DNA of 64,000 bases. Origin: a bacterium (GTDB lineage: Bacteria; Patescibacteriota; Minisyncoccia; Phycocordibacterales; UBA2100). Each line of letters starts with the position of its first letter. Positions within the stretch are counted from its first letter, which is position 1. This document shows, piece by piece, positions 25,958-34,961 of this stretch. Location: assembly GCA_016789445.1 (NCBI GenBank), contig JAEUQT010000003.1, positions 82,600 through 146,599 of the forward strand, in the 5' to 3' direction. The position numbers were made by a program, and so were the translations under genes. The notes under the pieces were generated by a model. The model saw only the letters and a list, made by a program, of their open reading frames with translations, had not been told where the DNA came from and did no database searches.

Positions 25958-27158
25958 AGAGTACGAACCACGCCGAGAGGACGAGGATGCTTCCGGCGAT
26001 GAACGGTGCGGCGATACCGATGACTCCGGATGCGACGCCGGCGATAAGCGGGATGGAGCCCTGCGCGAATGCCTGCAAAGAGCCGCTGATGCCGAGTGCG
26101 GCGCCTTGCCGGTCGACCGAGACGCTCTTGGAGACGAGTGACTGGAGATTCGCCATCGTGAAGCCGACCGGAATCGCGATGAACGGCATGATGAAATAGA
26201 ACGCAAGGAGCGAAGGCAGGAACGGGTATGCCGCTAGGACCGCGGCGATGGCGATGAAGGTCACGCGCAGGATCGAACGCTCGTTGAAGCGGGGAGCTAT
26301 GAGTCGCAACAGGACGAGCTGTGTGAAGACCATCCATGCGCCGATGGCACCGAAGTATGTCCCTACTGCGGCTTCCGAGACACCGAACCGCTGCACGAGA
26401 AGGACGCCGGTGAAGGAGGTCATGAACGCGAAGCCGGACATATAGAGAAGGACCGTGAGGTAGACCGGTCGCGCATCGACGTCATTGAATGCCGCGCGGA
26501 GGTTGCGGATGCCTTTGAGGAGGGAGAATCTGTGGCGCACTTCCGCGCTCACCTGACGCGTCTCCGGCAGCATGTAGGCGACGAAAAGCAGATTGATGAT
26601 ACCGAGCGCTCCGGCGAGCCAGAACGGCGAGGCGGCATCCTGCGTGACGCCGGCGATCCAGCCGCCGAGAACGGGTCCCAAGATGAATCCCGTGCCGAAT
26701 GCCGCGCCCATGAGACCGAAATTCTTTGCGCGGTCCTGTGGTTCCGTCACGTCGGCGATGGTCGCCTGTGCGATCGAGAAATTCGCCGCCGCGAGACCGG
26801 CGATGGCACGCGCGAAGAGGATGAGGCCGACGCTGGCGATCGCGATACCGAACCCGAAGACGACTTGGGAGATCGCGAGGACGCCCACGCCGAGCATGAG
26901 CAATCTCTTACGACCATAGACGTCGGAGAGTTCGCCCAAGACCGGTGCCGCGATGAATTGCATGAGGCCGAAAAGCGACGTGACGAGGCCGGCGATGAGG
27001 AACTGCATGCCCTGCGAATAGCCATGCAGCATGAACGAGTGCGATGCCGGATCGGTAAAGAGGATTGGGATGATCGGAAAGACCATACTGGTCCCGATCA
27101 TGTCGAGCAGCAAGGTGAAGAAAAGGATCGGGAGTACGTATTTGCGTCGCATATACAA
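25935..27158 (-). CDS. MFS transporter (drug/H+ antiporter-like)
   Basis: 407 aa with 12 TM helices. MFS motif A-like sequence [13 protein letters not shown]. Confidence 0.85.
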   Translation of the reverse strand: MYMRRKYVLPILFFTLLLDMIGTSMVFPIIPILFTDPASHSFMLHGYSQGMQFLIAGLVTSLFGLMQFIAAPVLGELSDVYGRKRLLMLGVGVLAISQVVFGFGIAIASVGLILFARAIAGLAAANFSIAQATIADVTEPQDRAKNFGLMGAAFGTGFILGPVLGGWIAGVTQDAASPFWLAGALGIINLLFVAYMLPETRQVSAEVRHRFSLLKGIRNLRAAFNDVDARPVYLTVLLYMSGFAFMTSFTGVLLVQRFGVSEAAVGTYFGAIGAWMVFTQLVLLRLIAPRFNERSILRVTFIAIAAVLAAYPFLPSLLAFYFIMPFIAIPVGFTMANLQSLVSKSVSVDRQGAALGISGSLQAFAQGSIPLIAGVASGVIGIAAPFIAGSILVLSAWFVLFNARKTA

Positions 27159-27387
27159 AGCCGGCAGCGCCGGCGAGAGTGCAGTATAGCAAACCGCCCT
27201 ACGCGAAGCGGCCGAGGCTTTCGCCTCGGCCGCTTCTTCGGCTTATTCAGCCGCCTTTTCCTCCGCGTCTTCCGACGGCGTCGGCTTCACTTCCGGATCG
27301 TCACTCATACTCATTATGCAAATTACGCTCTGCTAATGACGACCGTATCAATTGTCTGCCTCTCAGCAGATGAAGTCAAATCGAGGA

Positions 27388-28224
27388 CTACGGCGTGTAC
27401 ACTTCTTCGATCATGATCACCTGGTTGTTTTTCACTGTCACGTTGTAGGGAAGCTTGTTCCAGTGCTGGGAATGGTCGTTGATGAGTGCGGCGAATTCAT
27501 TCGTGCGGATCGACTGTCGTTTGATGCCGCTTTCCCCCGCATTCCACGTGAGCATGTAGATCGTGAGGTTCGGTGCGAGCGGGATGGTTACCGGCTTCGC
27601 ATCAGCGTTGCCGATGTAGAAATCGTTCGGGAGACACTCGCTGCGCGTCTCCTCGGTGCAAATACCTGCGGCGATCGCTGCATCTTCCCCTGCAGCTCCC
27701 GTCATCCACTGCGCATCATCGAACTGGAGTGTGCTGGACGCGGTATCGAACGAACGGATGTAGCCGAAGTCGATGGCGAAAAGGGTCTGGAAGTTGCCGC
27801 GGGATCCTCCGCCTTCAGCAGTTCCCTCTTCGATCTCACCTACTTTGATGAGTGCACGCCCCCCGTCGCTGAAGACACCGATCTCCGTGCCAGCGCCTGC
27901 CCACCAGCAGATCGCTCCCGCGAATTCGCCCTGATCGCTGAGGAGTTGCCATTCGGACGCCGTGATGTCGAAGCAGCTGCCGTCCATGGTGCCGATGACG
28001 TAGGAGGTGCCGCCATTATTGAGGGTGACGTTCGTCTTCGGGATGCCGTCACTCTCCCCCATCGGGTCGAATTGCCACTGCCACTGTGCGCTGCTATCGG
28101 TGGTGGTCGCGAAGACGTTTTCGGCGTCCACGTTGGAATCACGGGATTGCGGGACGACGACGAAGCCCCACCAGAGGCTGATTCCTATGATAAGAAGGCC
28201 GACAAAGCCCAGAAATCGATACAT
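27388..28224 (-). CDS. hypothetical membrane-anchored exported protein (278 aa)
   Basis: N-terminal TM anchor. The N-domain shares the pattern IP[KR]T..TL...GTS...DG[ST]C...IC[WY][WY]AG.G with the 43168-43641 product. Confidence 0.6.
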   Translation of the reverse strand: MYRFLGFVGLLIIGISLWWGFVVVPQSRDSNVDAENVFATTTDSSAQWQWQFDPMGESDGIPKTNVTLNNGGTSYVIGTMDGSCFDITASEWQLLSDQGEFAGAICWWAGAGTEIGVFSDGGRALIKVGEIEEGTAEGGGSRGNFQTLFAIDFGYIRSFDTASSTLQFDDAQWMTGAAGEDAAIAAGICTEETRSECLPNDFYIGNADAKPVTIPLAPNLTIYMLTWNAGESGIKRQSIRTNEFAALINDHSQHWNKLPYNVTVKNNQVIMIEEVYTP

Positions 28225-28356
28225 AGGGGCATCCTAGGATAAAGCCGCTTCCGGCACAACCACACGTAGTTGCGTCTCCTGTCGCGCTGGTTATATACTT
28301 GCGCCACCTTCGTATTCCCTGCGAAGGTGACGTTGATCATAAGGGGCGTCTCCGAG

Positions 28357-28396
28357 GGGCACCGGTATATCTAATATCCGGTGCCCTTTTTCTTTT
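28357..28396 (+). terminator. intrinsic terminator of a short + strand transcript
   Basis: GGGCACCGG-(12 nt)-CCGGTGCCC followed by TTTTTCTTTT. Confidence 0.7.
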
Positions 28397-28487
28397 GGTA
28401 CACTGTAGGGAGTCTTGGTCTTTCGCCGCTCGCATCCACACTGCGACGGCACGGTTGAGATTGATCAGCGGGTTTATTTCCCACTGA

Positions 28488-28525
28488 CAAAAGCGGACAC
28501 TTCCACGTGTCCGCTTTTCTTTTTG
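28488..28525. terminator. bidirectional intrinsic terminator
   Basis: GCGGACAC-TTCCAC-GTGTCCGC, flanked by ACAAAA on the 5' side and TTTTCTTTTT on the 3' side. Confidence 0.7.
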
Positions 28526-28743
28526 TAGGCGGACTTGTGGTCACACATCATTTCCTGCTGGAAATGTGCGCGATCGCACGTAAATCGCTGCTGCGATTTC
28601 GTGCGATCCCGGCTCGGGCCAGCCCTGCGCCCTTGCGAAAGCGCACTGCGCTTTCTCACCCGCCTCGGCGCCGAGCGCCTCCGGCCTTGCGAAGCAACGC
28701 TTCGCTCGCTTCTCACGCTTTTTTTGTGCTCTTTGGAATCCTC

Positions 28744-29373
28744 TTATTTGCCCGCGAGCTTGATACCGGAGACCTGCTCGAGCTTCGTCATGAGGCCCGG
28801 CGTTGAGTTGAACACGATCGGAAAGGCGAAGAAGAAGAGCGCCGCAGGAATGGAGATGGTCGTGAGAAGAAGCCCGAAAAAGGTAATCATCGGCGTGAGA
28901 TAGATGCGGGCGCGCACGAGCGCGATCGTGTGTGCATCGTTGTGTCCGGTCTTCACCTCATTTGATGAGAGCGCGTACTCGAAGAGCGCGACCACGATGA
29001 TACCGAGAACGAGCACATTAAGACCGTAGAGCTGCGCAGCTATCGGGAATTCCATGTAGCGGCCGAGCATGTGGGCGGAAAACGGAATGAGCGCGAGGAA
29101 TCCGAGAAAGAGCGCGTTGATAAGGGCGAGCGGACGATTCACCGTCTTCACGAGTGTGCCAAAAAAGACGCTATGCGTGATCCAGAACATGATGATGACC
29201 GCGAACGAGATCGCGTAACCGATAAGCAGCGGTCCGAAATCGGAAAGGATGTGGATGAGTTCCGCTTCGGTGTTAGAGCTGATCTTGTCGGGAACGAGCA
29301 ATTCGATGACGAGAAGCGTGAGGATGATGGCAAATGTTCCGTCGGAGAGGGCTTCGATGCGGCTTTTCGTCAT
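28744..29373 (-). CDS. TMEM175/DUF1211-family putative potassium channel
   Basis: From MTKSRIEALSDGTFAIILTLLVIEL, the family signature RxEAxSDGxFAIxxTLLV. About 6 TM helices. Confidence 0.75.
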   Translation of the reverse strand: MTKSRIEALSDGTFAIILTLLVIELLVPDKISSNTEAELIHILSDFGPLLIGYAISFAVIIMFWITHSVFFGTLVKTVNRPLALINALFLGFLALIPFSAHMLGRYMEFPIAAQLYGLNVLVLGIIVVALFEYALSSNEVKTGHNDAHTIALVRARIYLTPMITFFGLLLTTISIPAALFFFAFPIVFNSTPGLMTKLEQVSGIKLAGK

Positions 29374-29527
29374 GCGGATATCGTACCGTGATGTTGCTCC
29401 AGGACCAGTCGGTATCCCCACATGCCTGTGCCGTCGCTGTCCGTGCCTGCTGGCACAGCGCTCACTCTCGGCCCGTCGGCCTGCGAGAGACGGCACATGC
29501 ATGCGGAGCTACCTCCTCCTTCGCGAT

Positions 29528-30052
29528 TTACCTAGGTAGATACTTCCGTAACTCAAGCCGCTGTTTTTTGTAGTTAGGAAGAGCTCTCTCGACGAGCGCC
29601 CAGAATTGCGGTCCGTGGTTGTGTTCCTTGAGATGACAGAGCTCGTGGACGACGACGTAATCGGCCAGTTCGCGAGGCAGAAAGAGAAGCGTGTACGAGA
29701 AATTGAGATTCCCCTTTCTTGAGCAGCTGCCCCACAAGCGCTTCGTGTTCTTTATCGAGACCCGCTGATACGGGTGATCGTAGAACTGGTTCCAATATTC
29801 GAGACGCTCATGGATGAAGGCGCGCGCTTCTTCTTTGTGTTTGAGATATGCCCTGCGGCCGCTCACGGGAAGAGATTTGAAATCACGCATCCGCGCAACG
29901 CTACGCTCGATCCATGATCGATGGCCGCTGAGAAAGCGGTTGATGGAACTCTGCGACATCCACAGCGGCGCTGTCAGGATGACAACGCCGCCTGGTTGGA
30001 CCTGGAGGCGCATGGTGCGGGCCCTGTTTGATCGCTTCAGCGTGATTTCCAC
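29528..30052 (-). CDS. YgjP/DUF45-family (SprT-like) metal-dependent hydrolase
   Basis: WGSCS...NLNF...DYVVVHELCHLKEHNHGPQFW pattern. Confidence 0.8.
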   Translation of the reverse strand: MEITLKRSNRARTMRLQVQPGGVVILTAPLWMSQSSINRFLSGHRSWIERSVARMRDFKSLPVSGRRAYLKHKEEARAFIHERLEYWNQFYDHPYQRVSIKNTKRLWGSCSRKGNLNFSYTLLFLPRELADYVVVHELCHLKEHNHGPQFWALVERALPNYKKQRLELRKYLPR

Positions 30053-30126
30053 CTCTCTATTGTAGCTGATTGCCCCTCAGGGGCTTTCTTGCTAGGTTTC
30101 CTGCAGTCTGTACACAGGAGGAAAAC

Positions 30127-31527
30127 ATGTCAGACGCACTCACGGCGCTCTGTCCGTTGGACGGGCGCTATCAGAAGACTGGCGCGAAGCTCGCGAAATA
30201 CTTCAGTGAGCAGGCGCTCATCTTGTATCGCCTACGGGTGATGCATCGCTGGCTCGTAACGCTCGTCGGACAGAGAGGCGTTCCAACGCCGGAACTTACC
30301 GCCGAACAGCACGAGAAACTGACAGACCTCGGCAACTCGTTCGAGGCCGCGGACTGCGTGATCGTGAAGAAGATCGAGACCGAAGGCTACGGCGCCTACA
30401 AGCGCACGAACCACGACGTGAAAGCATGCGAGTTCTACCTTCGAATCCTCTTGGAAGATGCAGGGCTCGGTATGCTCTGCGAATGGGTGCACTTCAGCTG
30501 TACGTCGGAAGACGTGAACAACGTCGCGTACATGCTTATGCTGCACCGCGGCGTCAGTATCCTTGTGGATAGCACAACGGCTATCAGCGAGGAAATCACG
30601 ATCATGAGTTCGGACCATGCAGGGCTGGCAATGCTCGCCCGGACGCATGGGCAACCGGCGACGCCGACTACTTTCGGCAAGGAGATGAGCGTCTTCGAAC
30701 GACGTATCGACCTCCTTATCACCCGCCTCATGGACGTGCGTATCAGCGTCAAATGGAACGGCGCCAGCGGCAATTACAATGCGGCGAACGCTGCACTTCC
30801 ACATATCGCGTGGCAGACGCTCGCGGAAGGCTTCTGCACGATGATCGTCGAGAAAAATGAGCGCATCGACTTCAATACTCACACGACGCAGATCGAACCG
30901 CATGACAGCTATGCGGAGTTGTTCGATCTCCTGACGCAACTCAACACGGTCCTCATCGGTTTCAACCAGGACATCTGGCGGTATGTAAGCGATGACTGGC
31001 TCGTGCAGAAAGCAGTCGAGGGCGAAGTGGGATCATCGGCGATGCCACACAAGGTGAACCCCATCGACTTCGAGAATGCCGAGGGTAACCTCGGTATCGC
31101 GAACGCGCTCTTGGGACACATGGCGCGCAAGCTTCCGATATCGCGCCTCCAGCGCGATCTCTCGGACTCGACGGTGGAGCGGAACTTCGGTATGGCGTTG
31201 GGCTACTGCCTCCTGGGATACGAAGCTATCCTGCGGGGGTTACGTAAACTATCTCCCAACGAGGCGAAGATTGGTGCGGCGCTTGCGGAACATCCGGAGG
31301 TGCTGACCGAGGCCTACCAGACGATCCTACGGAGCGTGAACTATCCGAATGCGTACGATGCCCTCAAAGGACTCGCCCGCGGAAAGAAGATCACACTCGA
31401 GGATCTGCATGCTTTCGTGCATTCACTGGATGTACCGCAATTCGTGAAGCAGCAAATGCTTGCGCTGACGCCCGAAACATATCTCGGGATCGCACCCGAA
31501 CTGGCGAGACAGAAGTTGTTCACCTAG
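30127..31527 (+). CDS. purB: adenylosuccinate lyase
   Basis: AGGAGG Shine-Dalgarno sequence. SPLDGRY-type N-terminus (CPLDGRYQ) and the fumarate-lyase signature GSSAMPHKVNP. Confidence 0.92.
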   Translation: MSDALTALCPLDGRYQKTGAKLAKYFSEQALILYRLRVMHRWLVTLVGQRGVPTPELTAEQHEKLTDLGNSFEAADCVIVKKIETEGYGAYKRTNHDVKACEFYLRILLEDAGLGMLCEWVHFSCTSEDVNNVAYMLMLHRGVSILVDSTTAISEEITIMSSDHAGLAMLARTHGQPATPTTFGKEMSVFERRIDLLITRLMDVRISVKWNGASGNYNAANAALPHIAWQTLAEGFCTMIVEKNERIDFNTHTTQIEPHDSYAELFDLLTQLNTVLIGFNQDIWRYVSDDWLVQKAVEGEVGSSAMPHKVNPIDFENAEGNLGIANALLGHMARKLPISRLQRDLSDSTVERNFGMALGYCLLGYEAILRGLRKLSPNEAKIGAALAEHPEVLTEAYQTILRSVNYPNAYDALKGLARGKKITLEDLHAFVHSLDVPQFVKQQMLALTPETYLGIAPELARQKLFT

Positions 31528-31546
31528 AAAATGACCCGCGGCCAGA

Positions 31547-31885
31547 CTATCGGCTGCGGGTTTTCTTTTTCGCTTTCTTCTTCGGTGTGGGGACGTGTTC
31601 GGCAGTGATGCGGATGAGATCGGAAAGCCACTCGCGGTCATCAAGAAGGTCTTCATCGATGCGCATCGAGGGTTTCGCGCCGGGATACGCGGCGTCTTCT
31701 TCATAGTAGGTGCCGACGAATTTCTTCCCTTCGACGGTGATCTTCACGAACAGCGTGTCATCACACACAAGGGCGATGACTTTGCCTTTTGCATAGAGTG
31801 CATATTCACCGAACATCTTACGCGCGGTTACATTCTCGCCGACTTGGTCGAGAATATAATCTACGGTGGATTGTTTGGTAGCCAT
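31547..31885 (-). CDS. TfoX/Sxy N-terminal domain protein
   Basis: 112 aa. The ARKMFGEYALYAKGKVIALVCDDTLFVK pattern is typical of the TfoX_N domain. Confidence 0.7.
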   Translation of the reverse strand: MATKQSTVDYILDQVGENVTARKMFGEYALYAKGKVIALVCDDTLFVKITVEGKKFVGTYYEEDAAYPGAKPSMRIDEDLLDDREWLSDLIRITAEHVPTPKKKAKKKTRSR

Positions 31886-31899
31886 ACCGGCCTGCTTCG

Positions 31900-32601
31900 C
31901 TACTTCACCGAGATGCTTTCGATGATCATCGGCTGGACCGGGCGGTCGTTGGCACCCGTCTGCGCTGCTTCGATCTTCGCGACGACGTCCATGCCGGCCG
32001 TCACTTTGCCGAAGACGGTGTGTTTGCCGTCGAGGAAGTTGTTGGCGGCCACGTTGATGAAGAACTGGCTGCCGTTGGTGTTCGGGCCCGCGTTCGCCAT
32101 CGAGATGGTGCCGATTTCGTTCTTGTTGTTGGCATGGATCTCATCCGCGAACTGGTAGCCTGGGCCGCCGGTTCCCCAGCGTGCCTGCATCGCCTCATCC
32201 TTTGAAAGCGGATCGCCGCCCTGGATCATGAACCCTTTGATGACGCGGTGGAACTTAGTGCCGTTATAAAAACCTTCCTGCGCGAGCTTGGTGAAGTTCG
32301 CGACCGTGTTCGGTGCGTCGGTACCGAGGAATTCGATGGTAATGTCGCCCTGATTCGTGTGAAGCGTTGCCTGCATAGCTTTCTGGATATTAGTACTAGT
32401 AGTAGATGTGCTGGTAACCGGCTGCGTTCCAGCCGCTGCGCCCGTCTGCGCGCCGCGTGCGGCTGCGAACTGATCCATAAAACTCGCAGTCATCGAATCG
32501 ACGTTCCCGCCCGTGGCCGTGGCATCCGAGCCCGAAAAGAGCCAGACGCCGCCTGCCGCGAGAGCGACGACGAAGACGCCCGCTACGATCGCATTCTGCA
32601 T
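31900..32601 (-). CDS. peptidyl-prolyl cis-trans isomerase (cyclophilin type), membrane-anchored/exported
   Basis: FHRVIKGFMIQGGDP and SMANAGPNTNGSQFFI motifs. N-terminal TM segment. Confidence 0.9.
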   Translation of the reverse strand: MQNAIVAGVFVVALAAGGVWLFSGSDATATGGNVDSMTASFMDQFAAARGAQTGAAAGTQPVTSTSTTSTNIQKAMQATLHTNQGDITIEFLGTDAPNTVANFTKLAQEGFYNGTKFHRVIKGFMIQGGDPLSKDEAMQARWGTGGPGYQFADEIHANNKNEIGTISMANAGPNTNGSQFFINVAANNFLDGKHTVFGKVTAGMDVVAKIEAAQTGANDRPVQPMIIESISVK

Positions 32602-32628
32602 TGCGGGAGTATATCAAACGTGAACGGA

Positions 32629-32793
32629 CTAGCCCAAAAGCGGACTCACGTGTACGCCCAGATAATAGGGCCACACGATAAGCGCCAAGACTCCCTTCCA
32701 GAACGAAAGCTGGAGGTAGCCGATGGTAAACAGCCAACCCGCGAACCAGACGCCGCCCGAGAACGTGTGATTCTCGATCTTTATCTTTTCCAT
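32629..32793 (-). CDS. possible small membrane protein (54 aa)
   Basis: Hand translation: MEKIKIENHTFSGGVWFAGWLFTIGYLQLSFWKGVLALIVWPYYLGVHVSPLLG. Below the track cutoff, with no clear Shine-Dalgarno sequence. Confidence 0.35.
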   Translation of the reverse strand: MEKIKIENHTFSGGVWFAGWLFTIGYLQLSFWKGVLALIVWPYYLGVHVSPLLG

Positions 32794-32828
32794 CTATCAA
32801 GTATACGCCTGCCTGCAGGCGAGCAAGA

Positions 32829-33671
32829 CTACGCGGTGCGTAACTCGCTATGCTGTGGAATGCAGTCTCTGCAGCAGATGACTTTAAGTGACGGCTTCTG
32901 GCTGTCGTCGCTGTAGAAATCCTCGCTCGCTGTGCCGCAGTAGGTGCACTTCCCGACGACTTCGCGCTTGGCGACGGAGACGACGTCGGTCGTCATGCGG
33001 TTGTCGAAAACGAAAAGCGTGCCCTTGAAGCGTGCCCCAGGATACTTCTGCATGTAGGTGTGGATACCGTCTTTCAATTGATGGATGTCCTCGAAGCCTT
33101 CTTTCTTGAGAAGACAGGTCGCCTTCTCGCAGCGGATGCCACCGGTGCAGACGGCGACGACTTTCTTTTTCTTGAGATGCTTGATCGCGTCGATCTTCTC
33201 CGGCAGGTCGCGGAAGTTGCGCAGGTTCGGGTGTTCGGTCTTCTCGAAATATCCTGCTTCGATCTCGTAGTCGTTGCGCAGATCCAAGACGACGAAATCT
33301 TCGCCGCTCTCGTAGAGCTGGTGCAGTTCGTCGGCGGACATCTGCGCGGCGGTTTCCTTGGCGACGTCGAATTTTCCGGCACCGAGGGTGACGATCTCGT
33401 TGCGGACGCGGATGTCGAGCGAACGGAATGCCTGGCCTGTACCAGCGCTTTCCTTGAACGGCATGTTTTTGAAAAGTTCGCTCTCGCCCATCGCCTTCTT
33501 GTAGGCGCTGATAGCATCGTTGGTGCCTTCGAGCGTGCCGTTGATACCTTCGGTGGCAATGAGGATGCGGCCCTTGAGGCCGAGCTGTTCGCAGAGAGAT
33601 CGCTGTGCATCGCGAACCACTTCCGGATTCGCGATGTCGACGAAGCTATAGAAAAGGATGACCGTATGCAT
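32829..33671 (-). CDS. trhO: rhodanese-domain protein of the UPF0176/TrhO (tRNA U34 hydroxylase) family
   Basis: N-terminal ILFYSF...GRILIATEGINGTLEG, a rhodanese loop CTGGIRCE, and a C-terminal CxxC pair. Confidence 0.8.
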   Translation of the reverse strand: MHTVILFYSFVDIANPEVVRDAQRSLCEQLGLKGRILIATEGINGTLEGTNDAISAYKKAMGESELFKNMPFKESAGTGQAFRSLDIRVRNEIVTLGAGKFDVAKETAAQMSADELHQLYESGEDFVVLDLRNDYEIEAGYFEKTEHPNLRNFRDLPEKIDAIKHLKKKKVVAVCTGGIRCEKATCLLKKEGFEDIHQLKDGIHTYMQKYPGARFKGTLFVFDNRMTTDVVSVAKREVVGKCTYCGTASEDFYSDDSQKPSLKVICCRDCIPQHSELRTA

Positions 33672-33702
33672 GGGATTTCAGACTAGCACTATTTGGCGGG
33701 AG

Positions 33703-33753
33703 TAAAAAGAAATACCCCTTGGCGCGCGTACGGGGTGTCGCTACGCCAAGGGG
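33703..33753 (-). terminator. intrinsic terminator of a short minus-strand transcript
   Basis: CCCCTTGGCG-(19 nt)-CGCCAAGGGG. On the minus strand it is followed by TATTTCTTTTT. Confidence 0.6.
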
Positions 33754-34045
33754 CCCGTGCTCCTCCACATACGTGGGCTAGACGCAAACTCGCGGAGGGA
33801 CGCCCACTCTAGCTCTGGCCGCTGTGGGATGCAAGGCTACCTACCGCACGAGGCTGACGATGGAATTCGCGAACGAAAGAATGAGATTCAGGATGGTGAT
33901 GAAGAAATTGATGGTGAGCGTAAGAAGCTGCATCAGGAAGTCGATGATCATCTGGATGAGGGCCATAGCGGAAGTGTAGCATTATTGCTATTGGATAGTA
34001 CATGTGGTATAATGATGCCAGTGTGAACAACTCAGTAGGTGTGAA

Positions 34046-34333
34046 ATGGCAGAAATCAAGACGGGCGCGGAGAATGTCGGCTCCCTCCTTCTTCAGTACG
34101 AGAAACGCCGCGGAGTCGTCATCGACTCCCTTCCCGAGCCCGTACGAGAAGCAGTCGTGAGACAGATCGCTCGCAACCTCATCATCCTCGCGGACATGCA
34201 ACTCATCGCGCTCGAGAGCCCCAGTCCTATGGAGACCCTCAAGAAGATCGATTCGATCATGGATCAGATGAAGCAAGAGATCGGCCCCCTGCAACGACCG
34301 TCGTCCCGACCGACCAACAAGAAGCATCACTGA
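34046..34333 (+). CDS. hypothetical protein (95 aa)
   Basis: Preceded by a near-consensus promoter (TTGCTA-17-TATAAT with TG) and followed by a terminator. Confidence 0.55.
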   Translation: MAEIKTGAENVGSLLLQYEKRRGVVIDSLPEPVREAVVRQIARNLIILADMQLIALESPSPMETLKKIDSIMDQMKQEIGPLQRPSSRPTNKKHH

Positions 34334-34336
34334 ATC

Positions 34337-34371
34337 GCGGCCGCGCCCGTTGGGACGCGGCCGCTTTTTTT
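34337..34371 (+). terminator. intrinsic terminator
   Basis: GCGGCCGCG-(10 nt)-CGCGGCCGC followed by TTTTTTT. Confidence 0.75.
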
Positions 34372-34432
34372 CGGATCCGCTTGTGTTCTTCTGCTGCTTC
34401 GGTTCAAATGAATGCAGACGAAGGAGGTATCC

Positions 34433-34624
34433 ATGGAAAAGATACAGGAATCGGCATTAGTCGGCGTGAAGATCTATCCTCACGCCACCTATATCGGCAT
34501 CTATCGTCGCGAGACCTATGATGACGGCACGATCAGCAGTCTCGAGATGAAAGACAGCAGGGAGCACCGCTGGATCCATCGAGGCAATCCTGAAAAGATA
34601 ATCTCTCGTCTCTCGCGTCGCTGA
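34433..34624 (+). CDS. hypothetical small protein (63 aa from MEKIQ)
   Basis: GAAGGAGG Shine-Dalgarno sequence before the ATG at 34433; own terminator. Confidence 0.5.
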   Translation: MEKIQESALVGVKIYPHATYIGIYRRETYDDGTISSLEMKDSREHRWIHRGNPEKIISRLSRR

Positions 34625-34630
34625 CGCGCT

Positions 34631-34663
34631 GCGGCCTCGCTTTCGCGAGGCCGCTTTTCTTTT
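34631..34663 (+). terminator. intrinsic terminator
   Basis: GCGGCCTCGC-TTTC-GCGAGGCCGC followed by TTTTCTTTT. Confidence 0.75.
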
Positions 34664-34725
34664 GACTTGCAGATACTGGAGACATAGGCCAATCTACAGC
34701 CAGACGTGAAATGGAGGAGGAACGC

Positions 34726-34923
34726 ATGTTCACGCGTATACGCAATCTCTGGAAGCGCCTCGAAGACTACCGGAATACGCCCCGCACGATCGGATCGGAG
34801 TACACGTCGCACATCCTCGGGGTGAGCGGCAACTTATGGACGGTTGAGTTGTGTCGGGACGGCGTCCCCTACCGTCGGATGCAGGTGCATTCGATCTCGA
34901 ACCTCCTGCGGCGATATGAATGA
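34726..34923 (+). CDS. hypothetical small protein (65 aa from MFTRI)
   Basis: GGAGGAGG Shine-Dalgarno sequence before the ATG at 34726; own terminator. Confidence 0.5.
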   Translation: MFTRIRNLWKRLEDYRNTPRTIGSEYTSHILGVSGNLWTVELCRDGVPYRRMQVHSISNLLRRYE

Positions 34924-34931
34924 AAGACCGA

Positions 34932-34961
34932 GCGGCGGCCCTCCGGGCCGCCGCCTTTTTT
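34932..34961 (+). terminator. intrinsic terminator
   Basis: GCGGCGGCCC-TCC-GGGCCGCCGC followed by CTTTTTT. Confidence 0.75.

Noticed and set aside
33841-33966. 41-aa highly hydrophobic minus-strand ORF.
   Set aside because: It is not listed as a feature because I see no convincing Shine-Dalgarno sequence or promoter. It is mentioned in a finding because a dedicated terminator (33753-33703) implies that something is transcribed here.
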